62,055 bases of DNA, filler included, from Candidatus Hydrogenedentota bacterium (GCA_040752395.1; 6 parts of 6 records of this genome joined end to end with filler, not necessarily neighbours in it), one strand, 5' to 3'; counted from the whole stretch's first letter, positions 20,888 through 30,828 are shown. Translations and numbers: made by a program. Notes: generated from the letters alone by a model not told the origin.

Positions 20888-21787
20888 CTATCCAAATGTA
20901 TGATCTGCTATCAACTCTTTTATAAAACTTCTCATCGCTTCATCAGTTGGCTCGATTCTTTTGAATTCGCCACCTTTTAATATTATATAATCTATCTTTT
21001 TCACTTTTGTTGGTGACCCACAAAGACCTATCATATCCTCATTCGCCTCAATATCCTCTGCTGTCAATACAGGAATAAGTAACCCTTTTTCCAAAAGAAA
21101 CTCTTTTAATCTCTCCTCATCCTGATGCTCCTGACCCCATATAGAGAACGCTTTATCTGTCTCAAACAAGGAAAAAGCACGTTTATACTTCATTATTCTT
21201 TTAGCTGACGGTGGCCGCGGTATATTTGCTTCGTTTACAACAGTAATTAAAACAGGTAACGGTACTTTTAATTTTTCACGACCACCTTCAATCAATCGCT
21301 CAACTATAACTTTATTATCATTTATCTCTTCTAAATTTATAGCATACGATACCTGTGATATCCTTAATTTTTCAGCGGTCTGTGGTCCTACCTGAGCAGT
21401 ATCGCCATCTATAGCCTGTCTTCCGCAAAATATTATGTCAAAATTCGGTACCTTTGATTTTATTGCACACATTAAAGCATATGAAGTAGCAAGGGTATCA
21501 GCACCTGCAAACTTTTTATCAGAGATAAGATAAACTTTATCCGCACCACGATATAACGCTTCCCTTAACACCTCATCTGCAAAAGGCGGTCCCATAGTAA
21601 AAACAGTTATTTCGCCACCATATCGCTCTTTCGTCTGAAGCGCCATCTCAAGAGCATTTAAATCTTCAGGATTGTAGATTGCAGGTAAAGCCGATCTATT
21701 CACAGTGCCATCTTCTTTCATCGCCTGGGCTGTTATATTTTTTGTATCAGGTACCTGTTTTACTAAAACAACGATGTTTAACCCCAT
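20888..21787 (-). CDS. etfB: Electron transfer flavoprotein beta subunit
   Basis: KQVPD, GADTLAT, GRQAIDGDTAQVG. Confidence 0.93.
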   Translation of the reverse strand: MGLNIVVLVKQVPDTKNITAQAMKEDGTVNRSALPAIYNPEDLNALEMALQTKERYGGEITVFTMGPPFADEVLREALYRGADKVYLISDKKFAGADTLATSYALMCAIKSKVPNFDIIFCGRQAIDGDTAQVGPQTAEKLRISQVSYAINLEEINDNKVIVERLIEGGREKLKVPLPVLITVVNEANIPRPPSAKRIMKYKRAFSLFETDKAFSIWGQEHQDEERLKEFLLEKGLLIPVLTAEDIEANEDMIGLCGSPTKVKKIDYIILKGGEFKRIEPTDEAMRSFIKELIADHTFG

Positions 21788-21829
21788 AACCGTAATCCTT
21801 TTTCTATAAATATTATTTAAATTTTATAT

Positions 21830-22090
21830 TTAATTAATTTTTATTAAAAAAGTCAAGTCTTTTCTTTTTTCTTCAAAACAGCCCTGGTCCACTGCCTCGT
21901 GCAACGCGGTGTAATTCTCCTCGGTACGTTCATTTATATCAGCACCGTGTCGGATCATCAAGATTTCCAGATCATCTCGATTCTGGCTGTATGCAAGATA
22001 CCACGGACTGAATCCTCTCTTGTCTTTAAAAAGCTGCCAATTCTTTCTTAATTCAATACCCAAACAATGATGCCCCATAATATCTCCCAT
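21830..22090 (-). pseudogene. Ankyrin-repeat fragment
   Basis: HGADIN..TALHEAV ankyrin consensus, under two repeats, overlaps the end of the PHP gene. Confidence 0.55.
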
Positions 22091-22670
22091 ACTTAATCTC
22101 TCTTATAAAATCATCCTCACTCCTTACCCTGCTTTTTATCGCTGTAACATATCTCCCAACCTTATCAAGTGAATGTGCATCGCTACCACCGGTTATCTTA
22201 AAACCATTTTTTAAGGCATACTCATAAGCTTTTAGATTCGCTTCGTCTGATGCATTTGTATTTAAAACCTCTATCGCTGAAAACTTATCTTTTATCTGCT
22301 CGAATTTATCAAGTTTGGTTTCAAAATTCATTCTAAAAGGATGCGGCAAAATAAATAAACAACCCTCGTTCCCATTTAATATATCATTCACTGAATTTAC
22401 TAAATATTGTCCTGTATAATGATACTCCCTGTTCAATCCAAAACATATAATATCACCTATCTCTGTCCAGAACTCAATACCAGTGATAATTAAAAAATCA
22501 CATTTTTTTGAGATGTAATCAGCTTTGTCCTTGATAGAATTATTATTATGGTCTGTTATGCAAATACCATCAAGTCCTGCTGAAACAGCCTTTTTTACAA
22601 TATCCTCCAGTCTTAGACCACTACAATCAGAAAATTCACTATGAATATGCGTATCAATTAATGTCCACAT
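22053..22670 (-). CDS. PHP domain phosphoesterase
   Basis: DTHIHS, ITDHN, HPFR, GSDAH. Confidence 0.88.
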   Translation of the reverse strand: MWTLIDTHIHSEFSDCSGLRLEDIVKKAVSAGLDGICITDHNNNSIKDKADYISKKCDFLIITGIEFWTEIGDIICFGLNREYHYTGQYLVNSVNDILNGNEGCLFILPHPFRMNFETKLDKFEQIKDKFSAIEVLNTNASDEANLKAYEYALKNGFKITGGSDAHSLDKVGRYVTAIKSRVRSEDDFIREIKYGRYYGASLFGY

Positions 22671-22987
22671 ATTTTTTCAATCAGCACAGCCATTCTTCCA
22701 CCACATATATCACCATCGCGCTGATTTAAATCGTCATTGAGTGAAACTTCAAAAATTTTAAATGTTTCCTCTGTACTAAGCATTCTTATTGCTTCGGTTT
22801 TAACAACGTTCTCTCCACAACCTCCACCAATAGTCCCTGATACTATACCACCGTAAGTAACAATCATTCTCGCTCCAGGAACCTGCGGTGCTGAACCAGA
22901 AATAGCTATCACAGTACACAATAGAGCATCCTCACCCTTCTCGATGATGTTATTCAGCTCTCTATAAAAATATACTGAATTCTTCAT
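22658..22987 (-). CDS. XdhC/CoxI N-terminal domain protein
   Basis: GSAPQ.PGA.M, GTIGGGC.E, ICGG.M. Confidence 0.88.
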   Translation of the reverse strand: MKNSVYFYRELNNIIEKGEDALLCTVIAISGSAPQVPGARMIVTYGGIVSGTIGGGCGENVVKTEAIRMLSTEETFKIFEVSLNDDLNQRDGDICGGRMAVLIEKICGH

Positions 22988-23745
22988 ACACTCCTCAATC
23001 TTTTTAAATATCCTTCTCCTTTATTTAATCTGCAACTAATCTCTGAGATAATCGAGAGCGCTATCTCTTCTGGTGAAAAACCACCTATAGGAAGCCCTAT
23101 GGGTGAATTGACTCTTGATATCCTCTCTTCACTGATACCATTCTCCCGCATTTTATTCATAACAACCATGGTTCTACGTTTGCTGCCTATCATCCCTATA
23201 TAGCTTACATCCTTATCTATGACTCTTTCAAGACAACAAGCATCATAACTATGACCCCTTGTTATAATAACTATTCCTGTATCTACATCATACCTAAGTC
23301 CATCTAATGCTTCATCGAACTCTTTCACGATAATATCAGTAGCATCAGGGAATCTATCTCTATTAGCAAAATCTGCTCTGTCATCAATAACAATGGCTTC
23401 ATAACCAAGAATACCAGCAAATTTAACAAGCGGGACCGCTATATGACCCGCACCTAAAATAATAAGTCTGAATGCGGGCCTGAACCTCTCTATAAAAATA
23501 TTATAAATTTTATCGTTTATTTGAAATGTTCTATATAAAGTATCAGATTTCATCTCTGAAATAATAACTTTTATCTTTTCATTTATTTCTGTCCTCTGTA
23601 TTCTGTCCCATAATATCTTTTTCTCGTATATGATGAATTTATAAATATTATTTGCATCCCATAAATTAATTACAAAAAAACTTTTACGTGATTTTATTAA
23701 ATCATCTATGTAATTATAAAATCCTCTAAACTCGTCTCTTCTCAT
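22984..23745 (-). CDS. XdhC Rossmann (C-terminal) domain protein
   Basis: GAGHIA, DDR, TRGH..D, YIGMIGS, PIGL.IG..PEEIA.SI. Confidence 0.88.
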   Translation of the reverse strand: MRRDEFRGFYNYIDDLIKSRKSFFVINLWDANNIYKFIIYEKKILWDRIQRTEINEKIKVIISEMKSDTLYRTFQINDKIYNIFIERFRPAFRLIILGAGHIAVPLVKFAGILGYEAIVIDDRADFANRDRFPDATDIIVKEFDEALDGLRYDVDTGIVIITRGHSYDACCLERVIDKDVSYIGMIGSKRRTMVVMNKMRENGISEERISRVNSPIGLPIGGFSPEEIALSIISEISCRLNKGEGYLKRLRSV

Positions 23746-23762
23746 AAAAATAACTTGCAAAA

Positions 23763-23791
23763 ATTTTATTTATTGGCTATCTTTACGTCAA
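23763..23791 (-). promoter_or_regulatory. Putative sigma70 promoter of the xdhC-PHP unit
   Basis: TTGACG-17-TAAAAT. Confidence 0.65.
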
Positions 23792-23797
23792 GCAATC

Positions 23798-23979
23798 ATT
23801 GAAGATTGAAAGATTGAAAGATTCAAATTTTTTCTGATACTTCTCACTTCTTACTTCGTGAAATTATTAGAGTTACAGCGTTCTTCGAAGGAGTCAACAT
23901 GAGCGCTTTTGCGCTCTACACAACGTATGAAAAACTAGATGTTTGTTTATCTTGCTTCTTGCTTCCACTTGATATTATT
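23798..23979 (+). repeat. Mosaic cassette with tandem E-A-B'-F-E order, cut by contig end
   Basis: ATTGAAAG array, E module with GAAGGAG-tcaac-ATG (23899) reading into module A, then a second E start. Confidence 0.9.
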
Positions 23980-24079
23980 NNNNNNNNNNNNNNNNNNNNN
24001 NNNNNNNNNNNNNNNNNNNNNNNTTAATTAATTAANNNNNNNNNNNNNNNNNNNNNNNNNNNNNNNNNNNNNNNNNNNN
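23980..24079. other. Artificial contig linker
   Basis: N44-TTAATTAATTAA-N44. Confidence 0.98.
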
Positions 24080-24285
24080 AACGAAAGAAGCAAGAGGCAA
24101 GAAGCAAGATAACGGAAAGAAAGATAACGAAAGAAGCAAGAGGCAAGAAGCAAGATAACGGAAGAAGTGAGAGGTGTCAGGACAGGCTACAGGCTACGGA
24201 CTACAGCCGACTGGAGCCCCCTATGACCCATCCCCTAATATCCTTTGTGCCTTTCCCTCCTGTCTTCTGTCTCCTGTCTTCTTGT
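24080..24285 (-). repeat. Mosaic cassette D-F-F plus TCCTGTC array
   Basis: GCAAGAA/GCAAGAG heptamers, GGCTACA heptamers; F-F junction shared with 42.8k. Confidence 0.9.
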
Positions 24286-24308
24286 AAAATATGGGATGTG
24301 TCCCTAAT

Positions 24309-24953
24309 TTAAAAATTTAAATACTTTATCTGATAAGCGATATATTTTATATATTCCTGGAGTATAATTAACGGAAGATCGTCTTTTTCGAGTAAATTAG
24401 TTATTAATTTTTCAGTCTCCTCATAGGTATAATAAAATTTTATATCTTTATTTTTTTTAAATATTTTTTTTATGCAAAAATCTATTCTCTTTGTATGATA
24501 TGCGTCCGACACTATTAACACTGAACTAACCGGCTTGTTTTCTATCTCTTTATGTAATAATATCACATCCTTAAATGTACTTTCAGACCCGCATAATATT
24601 TTGTATTTATCATTAGAGAACTTTATTCGTTTAAAGACTTCCTTGATAATAAACTCTTCATTAGCAACAAAACCAAATATTTTTTCAAATTCTTTTTCAG
24701 TGTTTGAAACTGCTGTAGCAGTACACCACATCTGGTTGCCGTATCCCTCATTAAAAAGTTTCAAAGCGTATGGGAGTCTATAATATGGATGGCCGCCGGG
24801 AACAAAAATCACATCAGCTTTTTGTGTTTGTTTATCAAGTATTAAAAATTTACCCAAAATTATGCTTAATTCAAATCTATAATAAAACGAGACTCCAAAA
24901 ATAACTACAACAAACAAAAGGAATATAATCCATTTTTTTAAGCTCTCTTGCAA
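24309..24953 (-). CDS. YdcF/DUF218 family protein
   Basis: N-terminal TM; ADVI.V.GG, R...A..L, ST..D, VSD.YH..R, EY.K. Confidence 0.8.
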   Translation of the reverse strand: MQESLKKWIIFLLFVVVIFGVSFYYRFELSIILGKFLILDKQTQKADVIFVPGGHPYYRLPYALKLFNEGYGNQMWCTATAVSNTEKEFEKIFGFVANEEFIIKEVFKRIKFSNDKYKILCGSESTFKDVILLHKEIENKPVSSVLIVSDAYHTKRIDFCIKKIFKKNKDIKFYYTYEETEKLITNLLEKDDLPLIILQEYIKYIAYQIKYLNF

Positions 24954-27304
24954 ATCCTGTCTCCTTTGTATTTTTCAAACTCTTCAAATGAATCTAAGTA
25001 TTTTAAACTATATCTGCCCCCAACCCTATGGATAGCTACTATCTGTTCATCTTCTCTGAAATAATAAATTCTATCGTCCTCTGCATTTTCTCTAAAAAAA
25101 TCTATACCGCGTTTGAGAGCATTAAAGAATTCAATATTTTCATGCTTAACATCAGAACCTATAACAAAATTAAGAGTTGTGTTATTAATATTTTCAAGTA
25201 TTTTTATGAAATAACGATACCCATCCTCAAGAGAGAACATTCTTTCAATATACAACCCTTTTAATCGCCATTTATTAATAGCAGTAATACTTATCTCTTC
25301 TACCGCGGCAGGATCATAGATATTTGTTAATAATATGACCTGATTTAACACTTTTTCTTTTGGCGTAGGCTCTATCGTCAAACTATGCTTTACCCTATAT
25401 TTCTCAAGTTCTGAAACAACCATCTTCATTTCGTCAAGAAGAGCCTTCTCCTCAAAAGAGATAACCTTTATCTTCCAGGAATCATTATATAAATCATTGT
25501 AAACCAGATAAGCACATAAATCTATAATTGAGACAAATCTGCCAAGACAGGTGCTCTTATCCTTTTTAAGTAATGATTCTGTTTTTATTCCCTGGTGTAG
25601 TTCCCATTTATTCTCAGAAGTAAGATATAAGGTATAATTTGTCCCATTAAACGAATATTTTTTTAGTTCGTTTATAGGTAAAATTCTATTTTTTTCTTCT
25701 CTGTAATACATTTCAAAAATATTAATAATGCTATTCAAATCATCTTTTTTAATGTTTATTTCCTTTTGTTTTTTTAAAAAATTATCCAGAGTTTTTAACA
25801 TAAAATTTGATACCCTTATCTCAAAATCTTTTAATTTTGTATAAGACCAGTTCCCGAAATTTCTGGTTTCGTAAACAATGGTCCTTTGCACTTTCCAATC
25901 CTCTATATATTTTTTAATGATGTGGGTTCTGTATTCATCAATGGTTCTATTCTGAAAAACTTTTAATAAAAAACACCTGTCAATAAGTTCCTTGAGTTCT
26001 TCGTTTTTTTTATCTGTTGCATATTTTCTCACCACAGTGGTTATAAGAAAATATGGGTCGGTTAATCCAGGCTCAGTTATAGAATTAAAGATGTTGTTTT
26101 TTAAGACGTTACATAACGGCATAGATTCCCCTGGGTTTTCAAAATAGTTTAATAACAGAGCTATTTTAAGCACTGATTTAAATGGTGATGAGAGCCCCTT
26201 TAATATCTGCCATAAAGAAGCGCCTACGAATTCACTTTTGGGCAACTCTAAAATATTCCCCAAATCAATAAATTTAGCTAAACTTAAATTATTAAACCAA
26301 TACCTGTATTCGTCATCTGTATAATTAGAAGGTATTATACACCAGAACGGTATCTTTCCTGCAATAAATGTCATTGTTCTGTAAAACTCTTCTTTTAAAA
26401 GATACCCCTGGGCCGAACCCGAACTCTCGCTATCCATTAACCCAAAAACAGCCTCTCTCACATCTCTCTCTTTCATAACAAAACAATTTATCTCAAGGTT
26501 ATGCTTCTGTCTGAGTATCTCTTTTAAATGCTCTGTTTTTAATCTTACAATCTCTAAATATTCTTCATCAACTATTACCCATACGTCTAAATCAGAATAA
26601 GGGGTCTGCGCCACGCTCCCTGCACTACCCATAAAATAGATTCCTTTTATGCCTTTATCAGTAATATCAGGGATTCCCGTCTCAGAAAAATTTTTTATAA
26701 AACTTATATCTTCATTTGTATATTCGTAGTTTTCAATACCAATATCGGTTAAGCCTTTTACATAACCAGGAAGGTTTTTTTGATTTAAAGAGATTAATAA
26801 GTGAAGATACGAAACTAAAAAGGATTTATCAATTTGATAGAAGTTGTATATACGATATTTTTTTATATTATTATATCGAAGATATGCCCCCAGGTTTTTA
26901 TTGAATATCTCAAAATAATCTTTATCCTCAGTACCTATCCCCCTGTTTCTCATAATATAATTTATTCTCTCTTTTAGATAATTAATTTTTACCGGTTTCT
27001 TTATATATTCAAGTATATTCAATGAATCCTTTAATCCGTAATAATCATCCATAGGATATGCGCTTATTAAAATAACAGCGATCTCTTTATTAAATTCTCT
27101 TATTTTTTTGAGAACCTCGATCCCGGATAAATCAGGTAACCCTATATCAAGAAATATTAAATTCGGTTTAAATAAAAATGTTTTTCTCAAAGCATCCTCA
27201 CCACTATGAGCATCTATAAAATCGATCTCACCGATATCTGATAAACTCTGTTTATATAAAAGATGAGTCTGGGCAATATCATCAACTATTAGAATTTTAT
27301 ACAT
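24938..27304 (-). CDS. Receiver (REC) domain fused to a class I adenylate cyclase
   Basis: N-terminal ILIVDD..LDIGLP..ISA..KKP; core YFMGSAGSVAQTPYSDLDVW, LLKEEFYRT, GASLWQ..K...PFKS.LK, DPY. Confidence 0.85.
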   Translation of the reverse strand: MYKILIVDDIAQTHLLYKQSLSDIGEIDFIDAHSGEDALRKTFLFKPNLIFLDIGLPDLSGIEVLKKIREFNKEIAVILISAYPMDDYYGLKDSLNILEYIKKPVKINYLKERINYIMRNRGIGTEDKDYFEIFNKNLGAYLRYNNIKKYRIYNFYQIDKSFLVSYLHLLISLNQKNLPGYVKGLTDIGIENYEYTNEDISFIKNFSETGIPDITDKGIKGIYFMGSAGSVAQTPYSDLDVWVIVDEEYLEIVRLKTEHLKEILRQKHNLEINCFVMKERDVREAVFGLMDSESSGSAQGYLLKEEFYRTMTFIAGKIPFWCIIPSNYTDDEYRYWFNNLSLAKFIDLGNILELPKSEFVGASLWQILKGLSSPFKSVLKIALLLNYFENPGESMPLCNVLKNNIFNSITEPGLTDPYFLITTVVRKYATDKKNEELKELIDRCFLLKVFQNRTIDEYRTHIIKKYIEDWKVQRTIVYETRNFGNWSYTKLKDFEIRVSNFMLKTLDNFLKKQKEINIKKDDLNSIINIFEMYYREEKNRILPINELKKYSFNGTNYTLYLTSENKWELHQGIKTESLLKKDKSTCLGRFVSIIDLCAYLVYNDLYNDSWKIKVISFEEKALLDEMKMVVSELEKYRVKHSLTIEPTPKEKVLNQVILLTNIYDPAAVEEISITAINKWRLKGLYIERMFSLEDGYRYFIKILENINNTTLNFVIGSDVKHENIEFFNALKRGIDFFRENAEDDRIYYFREDEQIVAIHRVGGRYSLKYLDSFEEFEKYKGDRICKRA

Positions 27305-27313
27305 ATCTCTCCG

Positions 27314-27497
27314 AATTCCCTCACGTTGTTACTTTCCGAGGTGGCGACGGGAATTCTCTCCTTGTTTAAGCCTCCTCGCTTAAACTGCGTCGAGCCGGCT
27401 TCTGCCAGAAAATATTCACAGGATATTTTCTACATCCTTGTAAGGCAGAAGCTTCAATTCCCTCACGTTGTTACTTTCCGAGCGGGCGACGGGAATT
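27314..27497 (-). repeat. 42-bp direct repeats (27314-27355 and 27456-27497) containing the tRNA-Gly 3' end, flanking a 100-bp structured spacer
   Basis: 40/42 identical; internal inverted repeats GCTTCTGCC/GGCAGAAGC, AGAAAATAT/ATATTTTCT, GTTTAAGC/GCTTAAAC. Confidence 0.9.
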
Positions 27498-27551
27498 GAA
27501 CCCATACAGCCGGCTTGGAAGGCCGGGACTCTACCATTGAGCTACGCCCGC
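27481..27551 (-). tRNA. tRNA-Gly (TCC)
   Basis: GCGGGCG/CGCCCGC acceptor stem, CCGGC-CTTCCAA-GCCGG anticodon arm, GGGTTCAATTCCC T arm; CCA not encoded. Confidence 0.95.
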
Positions 27552-27564
27552 TAAAAACTATAAT

Positions 27565-27593
27565 CATATAACACAATAATCAATGAACGTCAA
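27565..27593 (-). promoter_or_regulatory. Putative promoter of tRNA-Gly
   Basis: TTGACG-17-TATATG with an extended -10 TG. Confidence 0.6.
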
Positions 27594-27730
27594 TCTTTGC
27601 AGCAAAGATAACCAATATGTCCGTGACCTACAACGTTTTTCCGTTATCTTGCTTCTATTTCAATCCCCACTTCTCCTTCACCTATAACTGATAGGATACC
27701 CTTATCTTCTATCTTTTATGTAGTGCTGGA

Positions 27731-28384
27731 CTATGGCATAATTACCGGATTATAATACCTCCTACCGCCACGAGTATTTTCCAGCTCCTGGACCAGTTTA
27801 TAAACATACTCGGGCTCTTTTATAAAATCTATATATTCTGTATTTACAACAAGAAGCGGTGTCTCGTCATACCTTAAAAAAAAATCATTATAAACCTTAC
27901 AAACTTTTTCTAAATAATCTCTTGAAACTAATTTAGCTGTATCAATATTTTTAATTTTATCGTAAAGTTTTTCAGCTCCGCAATATAAATAAACAACCAC
28001 ATCTGGCTTTACATTTTCTTTTTGAATTAAATTGAATAGCTGGCGGTATAAACAGAATTCCTGTTCAGAAAGATTAATACTTGCGAAAAGGAAATCTTTT
28101 AAAATCATAAAATCAGAGATGATGAAATCAGTAAACAGATCAAGATAGAGTTCATTTTTTAATTGATTATATCTTGACAGCAAAAAAAAGATTTGTGTCT
28201 GAAATGCGTATAAACTTTTGTTCTCATAAAATTTTAAGAGAAAGGGGTTATCGTAACTTTTTTCTAAAATCTGTTTCCCTCTATATCTCTCGGCTATCAA
28301 CTTAACTAAATCCGATTTACCAACCCCTATCGGCCCTTCCACGACAATGTAATTATGAGTTATTCTGTCGGCATTAATTTCCAT
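27731..28384 (-). CDS. Deoxynucleoside kinase family protein
   Basis: VEGPIGVGKS, NPFL..FY, FQTQIFFLLSR, PD.VVYL; follows folK. Confidence 0.85.
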   Translation of the reverse strand: MEINADRITHNYIVVEGPIGVGKSDLVKLIAERYRGKQILEKSYDNPFLLKFYENKSLYAFQTQIFFLLSRYNQLKNELYLDLFTDFIISDFMILKDFLFASINLSEQEFCLYRQLFNLIQKENVKPDVVVYLYCGAEKLYDKIKNIDTAKLVSRDYLEKVCKVYNDFFLRYDETPLLVVNTEYIDFIKEPEYVYKLVQELENTRGGRRYYNPVIMP

Positions 28385-28902
28385 CCAGCAACCCTCTTTA
28401 AAATTTCAATTTTTTTTACACGTTGTCCTCTGAAATCCCTCTCTCTTAAAAGTTCCTTGATAGTTTTTTTAGAGCGTGGGTCAATAAAATTACCCCATCC
28501 TATATCGAAGAGTGGTTTTAACACAAATAATCTTTTTCTAAATTTTTTATGTGGGATTTTTAAATTATCTGTGTCTATAACTAAATCACCACAGAAAATT
28601 ATGTCAATGTCAATCAGCCTTGGTAATATCTCATTTTGTTTTCTTTTTCTACCAAAATATTCTTCTATTTCTAAAAGTTCTTTTGAAAATTTTATAATAT
28701 CTCTCTTTCTTCCCGGTATTTCAAAAACACAAACTACGTTATAATAATAAGGATGCTCATTTACTTCAACAGGTTTTGTCTCATATATATCAGATATTGA
28801 GATAAGTTTATAATTCTTATCAATTATTCTTTTTACAGCAGTTATAATATTAGCTCTTCTATCACCGAGATTCGAACCAATGGATAATACTACTCTCTTC
28901 AT
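28360..28902 (-). CDS. folK: HPPK (folate biosynthesis)
   Basis: SIGSNLGDR, YET.P, PR.IDIDI, IPH...R.FVL.PL. Confidence 0.92.
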   Translation of the reverse strand: MKRVVLSIGSNLGDRRANIITAVKRIIDKNYKLISISDIYETKPVEVNEHPYYYNVVCVFEIPGRKRDIIKFSKELLEIEEYFGRKRKQNEILPRLIDIDIIFCGDLVIDTDNLKIPHKKFRKRLFVLKPLFDIGWGNFIDPRSKKTIKELLRERDFRGQRVKKIEILKRVAGWKLMPTE

Positions 28903-30059
28903 TTAATCTTTTTAATCCTCTGCAATGCTTCTTTCAATTCTTGCTCTTTAACGGTCAATGCAACTCGAAAATATCCCTCACCATATCGTCCAAAACCTAT
29001 GCCAGGTGTAACAACAACACCTGTTTCTTCAAGAACCCTCATAGCAAATGTCTTTGAATCTATATCTCCTGGAACTTTTACCCAGATATAAAAAGTAGTA
29101 TCAGTATCAAAATATCTGAATCCTAATTCATCCAAACCCTGCTTGAATAATTTTCTTCTTTTTGTAAAAGTTTGCCGGATCTTTTTAACAGATTGCTTGC
29201 TGGAACCTAAAGCAGTAATAGCAGCTTCCTGAACAGCTTGAAATACACCAGAATCAACATTTGTTTTTACTTTCCCTAATCCTGAAATAATATCAGCGTT
29301 ACCACAAACAAACCCGATCCGCCAGCCTGTCATATTATATGTTTTCGATAACGAATGAAACTCAACCCCAACATCTCTGGCTTCTCTGGCATTTAAAAAG
29401 CTTGGCGGCGGTTCGTTATCATAAATTTCAGAATATGCCGTATCAGCACAGATAATCACGTTGTAATCTTTAGCAAATCTTACAACATCGTTATAAAATC
29501 TTAAATCAGCTTTAGCGCCGGTTGGATTATTAGGATAATTAATAAAAAATAGTTTCGCTCTTTTAGCGATATCTGTTGGTATCGAACTTAAATCAGGTAG
29601 AAAATTATTTTTTTCTAAAAGAGGGACTGTATAAGATTCGCCATCAGTAAAGACTGTCCCTATATGATAAACCGGATATGCTGGGTCAGGCTCTAAAACA
29701 ATGTCACCCGGATTAACAAATGCAATGTGTATATGAGCTATACCTTCTTTAGAACCTATAAGAGATAAAATTTCTCGCTGTGGGTCTAAATCCACATTAA
29801 ATCTTCGCTTATACCATAAAGCAACTGCCTTACGATAGATTTCCATCCCCTCATATGATGGATAATGATGATGTTCTGGGTTTCTTATGGCTTTAGCCAT
29901 AGACTTGATAATATGTTCGGGTGTAGCGCCATCAGGATCACCTATTCCGAGACTGATAATATCTTTGCCTTTTTTCTTTACACTTTCTTTTAAAGCATCG
30001 ATCTCAGCAAAAAGATACGGTGGAAGCTTTTGTAATCTTTTACTTATCTCTATCTGCAT
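28899..30059 (-). CDS. dapL: LL-diaminopimelate aminotransferase
   Basis: LPPYLFA, GSKEG, NYPNNPTG, SLSKTYNMTGWRIG, KTNVDSG. Confidence 0.85.
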   Translation of the reverse strand: MQIEISKRLQKLPPYLFAEIDALKESVKKKGKDIISLGIGDPDGATPEHIIKSMAKAIRNPEHHHYPSYEGMEIYRKAVALWYKRRFNVDLDPQREILSLIGSKEGIAHIHIAFVNPGDIVLEPDPAYPVYHIGTVFTDGESYTVPLLEKNNFLPDLSSIPTDIAKRAKLFFINYPNNPTGAKADLRFYNDVVRFAKDYNVIICADTAYSEIYDNEPPPSFLNAREARDVGVEFHSLSKTYNMTGWRIGFVCGNADIISGLGKVKTNVDSGVFQAVQEAAITALGSSKQSVKKIRQTFTKRRKLFKQGLDELGFRYFDTDTTFYIWVKVPGDIDSKTFAMRVLEETGVVVTPGIGFGRYGEGYFRVALTVKEQELKEALQRIKKIK

Positions 30060-30166
30060 ACTTTTTGTCTCCTGTCTCTCTCAAAAAACAGGCTTCAGAA
30101 CTGGTTTTTCATACTTTGTGCAGTACTAAAGTGCTAATGGCAACCCCTTCGAAAAAATTCCTACTT

Positions 30167-30760
30167 CTACTTTATCTTCATTACTTTAAGAATGGTTTTA
30201 CCAAATTTTTCAGCAGATTGTGGACCATTAGCCGTTATAATCTTTCCATCAACCACAACCGCATCCTCCTGCCATATTGCCCCCTTCTCAATAAGTATCT
30301 TTTTACAAGTAGAATAACCAGTAGCTTTTCTGCCTTTTAAAACACCTGCTTTAGCTAATATCCCGGGAGCAAGGCATATCGCACCTAAAACCTTTTTTTG
30401 AGCCACAACGTCTTTTGCTATTTGATGACAAACAGAATTATCCCAGTAATCTTTTGAACCGATGCCTCCTACAAAAATAACCACTGCATAATCTTTCACT
30501 TTTACGTCTCTCAGTAATATATCTGGTTTAACTTTCATACCAAGCATACCTTTTGCAGTTTCTAAAGAACTTGATGCTACAGTGACTTTTACCCCTTTTC
30601 CTTCTAATAATTTTCTTGGCTGCGAATATTCTTCATCACGAAAATCATTTTTTGCTATAACCATTAAAGCTTTTACTTTAGTATCAACAGCTATACTATA
30701 AGAAAAAAAACTACAGCAAAAAAGAAAACCAACCGAAATAAAAACTAATTTTTTTAACAT
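30167..30760 (-). CDS. DJ-1/PfpI family protein with a signal-peptide-like N-terminus
   Basis: FRDEEY, FVGG.G, AICLAP, ITANGP. Confidence 0.88.
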   Translation of the reverse strand: MLKKLVFISVGFLFCCSFFSYSIAVDTKVKALMVIAKNDFRDEEYSQPRKLLEGKGVKVTVASSSLETAKGMLGMKVKPDILLRDVKVKDYAVVIFVGGIGSKDYWDNSVCHQIAKDVVAQKKVLGAICLAPGILAKAGVLKGRKATGYSTCKKILIEKGAIWQEDAVVVDGKIITANGPQSAEKFGKTILKVMKIK

Positions 30761-30828
30761 CGAGTGATCCCTCCTAAAAAATTAAAAAAATTTGCTAACT
30801 TTTTAAAAAACTAATATATATTTCTAAT

